Assembly (NCBI GenBank): GCA_964016885.1
Contig: OZ024751.1
Coordinates: 35,464,001 to 35,528,000 of the forward strand
DNA length: 64,000 bases
DNA from: Eledone cirrhosa
Taxonomy: Eukaryota
Reading direction: 5' to 3'
The stretch's first letter is position 1, and every line of letters starts with the position of its first letter. Positions 52,857 to 64,000 of the stretch are shown here, in pieces. The notes under the pieces are model-generated. The model ran no database searches. It was not told the DNA's origin and worked only from the letters and a program-made list of their open reading frames with translations. The translations under genes and the position numbers were made by a program.

Positions 52857-55800
52857 CACTGACTACTGAACACACTCACTACACACTGACTACATACTGA
52901 CTACACACTGACTACACACTAACTACACACTGACTACACACTCACTACACACTGACTACACACTGACTACACACTGACTACACACTGACTACACACTGAC
53001 TACACACTGACTACACACTGACTACACACTAACTACACACTGACTACACACTAACTACACACTGACTACACACTCACTACACACTCACTACACACTCACT
53101 ACACACTAACTACACACTCACTACACACTGACTACACACTGACTACACACTGACTACACACTGACTACACACTGACTACACACTCACTACACACTGACTA
53201 CACACTGACTACACACTCCCTACACACTGACTACACACTGACTACACACTGACTACACACTGACTACACACTGACTACACACTGACTACACACTAACTAC
53301 TCACTGACTACACACTCACTACACACTGACTACACACTGACTACACACTGACTATACACTGACTACACACTAACTACACACTGACTACACACTCACTACA
53401 CACTGACTACACACTGACTACACACTGACTACACACTGACTACACACTGACTACACACTGACTACACACTGACTACACACTAACTACACACTGACTACAC
53501 ACTAACTACACACTGACTACACACTGACTACACACTGACTACACACTGACTACACACTAACTACACACTAACTACACACTAACTACACACTGACTACACA
53601 CTGACTACACACTGACTACACACTGACTACACACTAACTACACACTGACTACACACTCACTACACACTGACTACACACTGACTACACACTGACTACACAC
53701 TGACTACACACTGACTACACACTGACTACACACTCACTACACACTGACTACACACTGACTACACACTGACTACACACTCACTACACACTGACTACACACT
53801 GACTACACACTAACTACACACTGACTACACACTGACTACACACTGACTACACACTGACTACACACTAACTACACACTGACTACACACTCACTACACACTC
53901 ACTACACACTCACTACACACTAACTACACACTGACTACACACTGACGACACACTGACTACACACTGACTACACACTGACTACACACTGACTACACACTAA
54001 CTACACACTGACTACACACTGACTACACACTAACTACACACTGACTACACACTGACTACACACTGACTACACACTGACTACACACTGACTACACACTCAC
54101 TACACACTGACTACACACTGACTACACACTAACTACACACTCACTACACACTGACTACACACTAACTACACACTGACTACACACTGACTACACACTAACT
54201 ACACACTGACTACACACTGACTACACACTGACTACACACTGACTACACACTGACTACATACTGACTACACACTCACTACACACTCACTACACACTGACTA
54301 CACACTGACTACACACTAACTACACACTAACTACACACTGACTACACACTGACTACACACTAACTACACACTAACTACACACTGACTACACACTGACTAC
54401 ACACTCACTACACACTCACTACACACTGACTACACACTGACTACACACTAACTACACACTGACTACACACTGACTACACACTGACTACACACTGACTACA
54501 CACTGACTACACACTAACTACACACTGACTACACACTGACTACACACTGACTACACACTAACTACACACTAACTACACACTGACTACACACTGACTACAC
54601 ACTGACTACACACTGACTACACACTGACTACACACTGACTACACACTGACTACACACTGACTACACACTCACTACACACTGACTACACACTGACTACACA
54701 CTCACTACACACTGACTACACACTAACTACACACTGACTACACACTGACTACACACTGACTACACACTGACTACACACTGACTACACACTCACTACACAC
54801 TCACTACACACTGACTACACACTCACTACACACTCACTACACACTGACTACACACTGACTACACACTAACTACACACTAACTACACACTAACTACACACT
54901 GACTACACACTGACTACACACTCACTACACACTCACTACACACTGACTACACACTCACTACACACTCACTACACACTGACTACACACTCACTACACACTC
55001 ACTACACACTGACTACACACTCACTACACACTCACTACACACTAACTAGACACTGACTACACACTCACTACACACTCACTACACACTCACTACACACTCA
55101 CTACACACTGACTACACACTGACTACACACTCACTACACACTGACTACACACTCACTACACACTGACTACACACTAACTACACACTGACTACACACTGAC
55201 TACACACTCACTACACACTGACTACACACTGACTACACACTGACTACACACTGACTACACACTAACTACACACTAACTACACACTGACTACACACTGACT
55301 ACACACTGACTACACACTGACTACACACTGACTACACACTCACTACACACTCACTACACACTCACTACACACTGACTACACACTCACTACACACTGACTA
55401 CACACTAACTACACACTGACTACACACTAACTACACACTAACTACACACTGACTACACACTGACTACACACTAACTACACACCGACTACACACTGACTAC
55501 ACACTAACTACACACTGACTACACACTGACTACACACTAACTACACACTAACTACACACTAACTACACACTGACTACACACTCACTACACACTCACTACA
55601 CACTCACTACACACTGACTACACACTCACTACACACTGACTACACACTCACTACACACTCACTACACACTCACTACACACTGACTACACACTCACTACAC
55701 ACTGACTACACACTAACTACACACTGACTACACACTCACTACACACTCACTACACACTCACTACACACTAACTACACACTGACTACACACTCACTACACA

Positions 55801-56779
55801 CCCACTACACACTGACTACACACTGACTACACACTGTCTACACACTAACTACACACTGACTACACACTGACTACACACTCACTACACACTCACTACACAC
55901 TGACTACACACTGACTACACACTGACTACACACTAACTACACACTGGCTACACACTGACTACACACTGACTACACACTCACTACACACTCACTACACACT
56001 GACTACACACTGACTACACACTCACTACACACTCACTACACACTGACTACACACTAACTACACACTGACTACACACTAACTACACACTAACTACACACTG
56101 ACTACACACTAACTACACACCGACTACACACTGACTACACACTAACTACACACTGACTACACACTGACTACACACTAACAACACACTGACTACACACTGA
56201 CTACACACTGACTACACACTGACTACACACTGACTACACACTCACTACACACTGACTACACACTGACTACACACTAACTACACACTGACTACACACTGAC
56301 TACACACTGACTAAACACTCACTACACACTCACTACACACTGACTACACACTGACTACACACTGACTACACACTAACTACACACTGACTACACACTAACT
56401 AAACACTGACTACACACTGACTACACACTAACTACACACTGACTACACACTGACTACACACTAACTACACACTGACTACACACTGACTACACACTGACTA
56501 CACACTGACTACACACTCACTACACACTGACTACACACTAACTACACACTGAATACAGACTAACTACACACTGACTACACACTGACTACACACTGACTAC
56601 AGACTGACTACACACTAACTACACACTGACTACACACTCACTACACACTGACTACACACTGACTACACACTGACTACACACTGACTACACACTAACTACA
56701 CACTGACTACAGACTAACTACACACTGACTACACACTGACTACACACTGACTACACACTGACTACACACTGACTACACA
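52857..56779. repeat. 11-bp satellite CTACACACT(G/A/C)A, ~3.9 kb, ~355 units
   Basis: Continuous 11-bp period; variation almost confined to one position. Confidence 0.98.
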
Positions 56780-56874
56780 TATACCTCATTGGCTTATCGA
56801 GTGGGGTGGAACTCGTCAAATCGGACCAAGGAAGCAATGTTTCCATTGGTCTTTCCATTGCTGATACTATCTAT

Positions 56875-56985
56875 CAGTCGCAACTCTTGGCAGAAAGTGT
56901 AACGTGAAATAAAGTATCTTGCTCAAGGACATAACGCATCGCCTGGTCTGGGGATCGAACTCGCAACCTCACGATTGTATATGCA
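56875..56985 (-). mobile_element. tRNA-derived SINE, same family as 26266
   Basis: Minus strand gttcgatcccc ... tccttgagcaagatactttatttcacgtt. Confidence 0.75.
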
Positions 56986-56999
56986 AATATGCTTATTGC

Positions 57000-57036
<37 letters not shown>

Positions 57037-57159
57037 GACAGACCCAGACACCCACATACATACACACACATACACAAATATATATATTTAAATTTTCACG
57101 GTTATCTAGCTAGGAAACAACTTCCGGAAGCATCAACTTGCCAAACGATCTTGAATTAC

Positions 57160-58348
57160 CCACACCACCACCACCACCACCACTGCCACTATCACCACCA
57201 CCACCACCATCACCATCACCACCACTACCATCACCACCACCACCACTACCACCATCACCACCACCACCACCACCACCATCACCACCACCACCACCACCAC
57301 CACTACCACCATCACCACCACCACCACCACCACCACCACTACCACCATCACCACCACCACCACCACCATCACCACCACCACCACCACCACCACCACCACC
57401 ACCACCACTACCACCATCACCACCACCACCACCACCACCACCATCACCACCACCACCACCATCACCACCACTACCATCACCTCCACCACCACCACCACCA
57501 CCACCACCACCACCACCATCACCACCACCACCACCACCACCATCACCACCACTACCACCATCACCACCACCACCACCACCACCATCACCACCACTACCAC
57601 CATCACCACCACCACCACCATCACCACCACCACCACCATCACCACCACTACCATCACCTCCACCACCACCACCATCACCACCACCACCACCACCACCACC
57701 ACCATCACCACCACCACCACCACCACCATCACCACCACTACCACCATCACCACCACCACCACCACCACCATCACCACCACTACCATCACCTCCACCACCA
57801 CCACCATCACCACCACCACCACCACCACCATCACGACCACCACCACCACCACCATCACCACCACTACCACCATCACCACCACCACCACCACCATCACCAC
57901 CACTACCACCATCACCACCACCACCACCATCACCACCACCACCACCATCACCACCGCCACCACCACCACCATCACCACCACCACCACCATCACCACCACT
58001 ACCACCATCACCACCACTACCACCACCACCACCACCATCACCACCACCACTACCATCACCACCACCACCACCACCATCACCACCACCACCACCACCACCA
58101 TCACCACCACTACCACCATCACCACCACCACCACCACCATCACCACCATTATCACCACCACAACCACCACCACCATCACCACCACCACCATCACCACCAC
58201 TACCATCACCACCACCACCACCACCATCACCACCACCACCACCACCATCACCACCACCACCACCACCACCACCACCACCACCACCACCACCACCACCACC
58301 ACCACCACCACCACTACCACCACCACCACCACCACCACACCACACCAT
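57160..58348. repeat. (CAC/CAT/TAC)n repeat, 1.2 kb
   Basis: Visible directly. Confidence 0.95.
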
Positions 58349-58731
58349 CCAAAGAAAAGCGACAAAAAACAACAACAAATAAAAACAACAACAAAAAAAG
58401 CAACAAAATACCCCAACAAACAACAACAAACACAACAACAAGCTACGTACGCCATTACTCCACTTGATGTGATGATATCTTATGGGGCAGCCATTTTTGT
58501 TTAGTTTTCGTATTAGCGGTAAAATTTTGCCAAAAATAATTATTTGCTGTTGAATTGGTTGGCGGCATCTTGTGTCCAAAATATCTATTTTAAACTCCAT
58601 GTCGATATAACTATTCTGTTTAGCTTGATTCATACTTTATTTTCAGTAATCAAAAATAAAAAAAGGATATATATATATATATATACACACACACACGCAC
58701 ATATATATATACATACAACATTATACATACA

Positions 58732-58818
<87 letters not shown>

Positions 58819-59877
58819 CAACATTATACATTAGATAAATTAATATATATATATATATATTTATTAATTTATTTATTTAATGTATAATGTATGTATATTT
58901 TCCTATATAATTGTTTTGTGGTGGGGGTGCTGGTGGGACGGGTGGTGGTGGTGGTAGTTGGACTTTTGTTGTTGTCTGTGGTGGTGGTGGTGGGGGTGGT
59001 GGTGGTGGGTTGATGGTGTGGCAGTTGTGGTGATTGTAGTGATGGCTGCGGTTGTTGTGGTGGTGGTGGTGGTGTTGATGATGATGGTTGTAGTGATGGT
59101 GACTGTAGTGGTGGTGGTGGTGGTGGTGTTGGTGTTGGTTATGTTAGTGGTGGTGACGATGGTTATGGTGGTGGTGGTGGTGGTGGTGGTGGTGGTGGTG
59201 ACTGTAGTGGGGCTGTCGGAGGTGGAGTCGCTGCTACATGAACTTTGTACTGACGAGGACTTATTTGTGGAAAATGACGTAACGTTTAGATATACGAACA
59301 GGAATAATAATTTTTTTAAATTCTTTTTTGTATACACACACACACACACACACACATACGCACACACGCGCACACACATACACACACATACACATACACA
59401 CACACACGCACATACACACGTTAAATTTAACCCTGTTAAATTCAATGGATTATTCTTACAAACTATAAATATTACTTTGATAAAACTGTATAACTTCCAA
59501 TATATTTTTGGGAAGTTACTACACTTCCAAATAACTTTCAAGTATTTTAATACAACTGACACCCTCTTATTTGACCTACGATTTAATTAGATAAGTGATA
59601 TATGTCATCTGTTATTTCTTGAGTGATTTATATTGATATTTCATTAATTTTTTTTGGATGTTAATTAAACTCTGATGACTCCTATGGTTTATGCTAACTA
59701 ATCACAAACTGTTAAATAAAATAACTTGCTGTCTGTGGCATATATTATTGTGGGAAGAAACGATTGTCAGTGATTGAATGTCTTGAACTTTTACTTTTTG
59801 GTTTATAAGTACAGTATCTATATACCGGCTCTGCTGGATCCGATCATAACATTGAGCTAAAATACATCTAGTTACTT

Positions 59878-60040
59878 TATGGCATAGAGTTACGGCCCTT
59901 TACGATCTGAGTTCAAATTTTGCCGCGGTATGCTTTGCCTTTCATCCTGACGGTCGATAAAATAAAGTACCAGTAATGCACTGGTGTCGATTTAATCGAC
60001 TTTCCCCTCCCCGAAAATTGTAGGCCTTGTGTCCAGACAC
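59878..60040 (+). mobile_element. tRNA-derived SINE (Meta-like core), 5'-truncated
   Basis: gcatagagttacggcc...gttcaaat...ctttgcctttcatcctgacggtcgataaaataaagtaccag. Confidence 0.85.
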
Positions 60041-60052
60041 CATTAATATTAC

Positions 60053-60094
<42 letters not shown>

Positions 60095-60263
60095 GCTCTC
60101 GTCATATTATCATAATATATACACAATGACAGTGATATATTCGACAGGTAACTTTTATTAACATTTTTATCTCACAAATCTTTCATTAATTAAGTCACCT
60201 GTCTGTTTCAATCAACAGATTTCGTTTCACCTGAGCTTAAATATCTATTAGTATGTATGTTGG

Positions 60264-60350
<87 letters not shown>

Positions 60351-60390
60351 GTACTTATCTGCCAGTCTATCTAATCACCTGGTTGTCTAT

Positions 60391-60547
60391 CGGGGTATTA
60401 AACAACCCATTTGTGGCGTCTCCCCTCTATTGGGGATTTCGATTGTTATAATTGTTTGTTTTTTTGTGTTTTTTACACCACTGTATGTAAAATCCCCGGC
60501 ATGTGTCTTTGTATTGTCCCCTTTTCCCTTGTGGCAAATAAAGAAAT
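60391..60547 (+). mobile_element. Diverged Tx1-like 3' UTR copy downstream of (TATC)n
   Basis: ggcgtctcccctctattgggga...tgtaaaatcccc...ttgtcccc...gtggcaaataaagaaa then tatatctatcta. Confidence 0.8.
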
Positions 60548-60757
60548 ATATCTATCTATATCTCCCACTCTCTCTCTCTTAATCCCACACTATATTGATG
60601 ATTTCATATGAATGAAACAGTTCTTGTCCCGTAGAAGTCATTTCTATATCGAATAAAAATGGCTTTACCAAATCAACGTATTGAGTATTAGTTTCACGCT
60701 TAAGAAAACAGAATATACATACATACATAAATACATATATACTTAAATACATATATT

Positions 60758-60862
<105 letters not shown>

Positions 60863-61187
60863 GTATATGGTAAATCTTTGTACTATCGCCTCGGAAACTG
60901 AAATATATATATATATGTATATGTCTGTGTGTATGTGTGTGTGTGTGTAGTGTTGTATGTGTATGTATGAATATATACATATATATATATATGTATATGT
61001 CTGTGTGTATGTGTGAGTGTGTGTGTAGTGATGTATGTGTATGTATGAATATATACATATATATATGTATATGCAAGTGTTTCTACACAGCTACATACAT
61101 TAATAATAAGCAATAACCGGTGTGTTGCATCTGAACGGAAGTTTTAATCAATAGAGAAAAATATTTCTTTCTGCCTGTAAGTGTGGT

Positions 61188-61226
<39 letters not shown>

Positions 61227-61371
61227 CACACATATACACACTGACACATGCATATACACACACTGACACACGCATATACACATACTGACACTTACACACA
61301 CTCACATATACATATATACATACATGCATGCATACATTCATACATACATACATGCATACAAACATACATAT

Positions 61372-61437
<66 letters not shown>

Positions 61438-61467
61438 AATGACACAAACACGCACACATGCTGACTT

Positions 61468-61524
<57 letters not shown>

Positions 61525-61757
61525 AATAGACAGATAGACAGGGACAGGCAGACAGACTGACAGACAGAGAGAGAGACCGACAGAGAGACATGAACTGGGA
61601 AGATGTTTGAAATGTTGGGTCTTTGCTCTCCTGATGCCCCCAAAAGGGGCCAGGTGAGCCTAAGTCTAAGTAAAAGGGAGGAAAGGTTGGAACATAACTC
61701 CGGTACAATTAGTCTTGCGTTCACTTTTACCTGTCTACCACCTTTTAAGATCATAAG

Positions 61758-62168
61758 TATTACAATGACACACCTGTATAAAACTATAGATTCTAACCTC
61801 CATAGGCTATTACAATGACCCAGCTGTATAAAACTATAGGTTCTAACCTCCAATCGGCTATTACAATGACCCAGCTGTATAAAACTATAGGTTCTAACCT
61901 CCATAGGCTATTACAATGACCCAGCTGTATAAAACTATAGGTTCTAACCTCCAATAGGCTATTACAATGACCCAGCTGTATAAAACTATAGGTTCTAACC
62001 TCCATAGGCTATTACAATGACCCACCTGTATAAAACTATAGGTTCTAACCTCCAATAGGCTATTACAATGACCCACCTGTATAAAACTATAGGCTCTAAC
62101 CTCCAATAGGCTATTACAATGACCCACCTGTATAAAACTATAGGCTCTGACCTCCAATAGGCTATTAC
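61758..62168. repeat. 50-51-bp tandem repeat, 8 copies
   Basis: tattacaatgacccagctgtataaaactataggttctaacctccaataggc. Confidence 0.97.
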
Positions 62169-62394
62169 GAAAACACACAAGACCGTAGAGCCCATTTGAT
62201 GGTTTGATAATTATGCTGATGATGGTGATGATGATGATGATGATAACGATGATGATGATGATAAAAGTTTTATTTCCTATTCAGTCAATTATACCCAGTT
62301 TTTCTTTTTTGGTTTTTATTGGTGTGAGTGAGTGTGTGTGTGTGTGTGTGTGTGAGTGAGTGTGTGTGGGTCTGTGTATGTGTGTGTATGTGTT

Positions 62395-62439
<45 letters not shown>

Positions 62440-62584
62440 GTGTGATGGTTTCTAACCATCACTCAAGGAGACTTGAGAGAAAAGTTTAAATATATTGGTT
62501 TCTAAATATCTAGGTCAACAGAACTATGACCTACGTGAGTATCAATAGTTTTTTTTTTTCACTGGGCAGGAGGCCAAATTATGT

Positions 62585-63058
62585 AGGAAACTGTAATGTT
62601 GTCTATATGGTCGGCCATTTTACTAGAAAACTGTAATGTTGTCTATATGGTCGGCCATTTTACTAGAAAACTGTAATGTTGTCTATATGGTCGGCCATTT
62701 TTCTAGAAAACTGTAATGTTGTCTATATGTCGGCCATTTTACTAGAAAACTGTAATGTTGTCTATATGGTCGGCCATTTTACTAGAAAACTGTAATGTTG
62801 TCTATATGGTCTGCCATTTTACTAGAAAACTGTAATGTTGTCTATATGGTCGGCCATTTTTCTAGAAAACTGTAATGTTGTCTATATGGTCGGCCATTTT
62901 ACTAGAAAACTGTAATGTTGTCTATATGGTCGACCATTTTACTAGAAAACTGTAATGTTGTCTATATGTCGGCCATTTTACTAGAAAACTGTAATGTTGT
63001 CTATATGTCGGCCATTTTACTAGAAAACTGTAATGTTGTCTATATGGTCGGTCATTTT
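62585..63058. repeat. 39-40-bp tandem repeat, 12 copies
   Basis: tagaaaactgtaatgttgtctatatggtcggccattttac. Confidence 0.97.
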
Positions 63059-63361
63059 ATCAACAGCCACTCCACGCCGCAAAAGACGACAGAGAAAAAA
63101 AACAAGGAATTTAATCGGTATTTTATTGTTTCTACCATCTTGACAAATTACGTTAGCTTTTTATTTATTTATTTAATCAATTTAAATGTCCGTATAGAGC
63201 TAGTAAGCCACTAGGGGAAGTATCTAGTAATTTTTACAGTTGAGAAACATACAAATAAAAATAGAGAGAGATAAGTGGATATAAAAATAATAAGTATAAG
63301 AATCACATAGGTATGGATATGAAGGTTATATGTATATATGCATGTGTGTTATATATGTGTG

Positions 63362-63978
63362 CAGTGGCGGACTCGGTCTAAAAATATTGGTTGCCAGGAG
63401 ATGAAGGGGGCCGACCTACATATAGAATGTTATTTAATTTTTATAATGAATAAATAAGATTTTCGAAAAATACATAAGTGGAAACAAAACAGTGCAATCA
63501 GATTTTTGCGGAAAAATATCTTACCTTCTCCAATAAAAAATATTACGTATTTTGCGAAATCCAGAGACTTTCAATAATGACAAAAAGTCGACCCTAAATA
63601 TTGCTAATAGCTCTAGGAAAGCCATGAAAGAAACCACATTTTTTTAACTTTGAATTTGAAAGTAGGTTTATAATTATCAATTTTCATTATACTTTTGTAG
63701 ATGTCTCGATGGCCTAGTTGGAAGAATCGTAGACGGTGTTGATCCTGGTCTGAAGTTCGATCCTGGTCGGGAGTAGGGTTCCCACTAAACCTTTTCAGTT
63801 ATTAAATAAAATAAAAACTGAAGAAGATTACATATACTTCTTGACCAGGATTGAACCCAAGGCCCGGATCGCCACCGTCTCTAGTACCTACCGCTAGGCA
63901 ACAGAGACAACTACGAAAAACTTATGAAAATTCATACCTATAAACCTACTTTCGAAATTTTCAAAACAAAGTGTTGTG
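63362..63978 (+). mobile_element. hAT-like non-autonomous element with twin inverted tRNA-like units (third copy)
   Basis: Starts cagtggcggact; TGGCCTAGTTGG/GTTCGATCC on plus and the mirror unit on minus. Confidence 0.78.
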
Positions 63979-64000
63979 AATGTACAACGACTGATTCCAG

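Noticed and set aside
56989-58633. Long poly-His/Pro/Gly/Val ORFs (extensin- or glycine-rich-like)
   Set aside because: Pure (CAC/CAT)n repeat open in several frames on both strands; same for 218-765, 28246-28980, 44816-45878 and 46257-47867
59200-59310. Protein-like SEVESLLHELCTDEDLFVENDVTFRY segment
   Set aside because: Embedded in GGT repeat, plausible-looking in several frames, no convincing splice sites or recognisable family
63700-63775. True tRNA gene
   Set aside because: A/B boxes present but no clean cloverleaf or acceptor stem; lies in a multicopy element

Overview
Eukaryotic (metazoan) non-coding DNA, very AT-rich and dense in microsatellites. The SINE families and (TA)n/(CA)n/(GGT)n density resemble an octopus/coleoid genome (inference, not verified). 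No multi-exon host gene can be supported, and most ORFs in the track are translations of simple repeats. Real coding remnants are all retroelements: a 5'-truncated Tx1/L1-clade LINE with an uninterrupted 2.8-kb ORF2 plus three more 3' copies, all abutting (TATC)n; a decayed RTE-type LINE in (TA)n; and fragments of Penelope GIY-YIG, CRE-type and RTE zinc-finger ends. About 15 tRNA-derived SINEs, a hAT-like element carrying two convergent tRNA-like promoters, and many mini/satellites are also present. The most striking unannotated signal is a set of short (50-650 bp) non-coding inserts in (TA)n tracts. Many are fold-back inverted repeats, and about 8 carry intact or near-intact type I hammerhead ribozymes, with several degenerate or partial ones besides. 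In some, the fold-back junction lies at or within a few nt of the predicted self-cleavage site or at stem II. In one family the two arms co-vary within each insertion. This suggests ribozyme-processed RNAs retrotransposed into (TA)n with hairpin-primed second-strand synthesis (Penelope/retrozyme-like).
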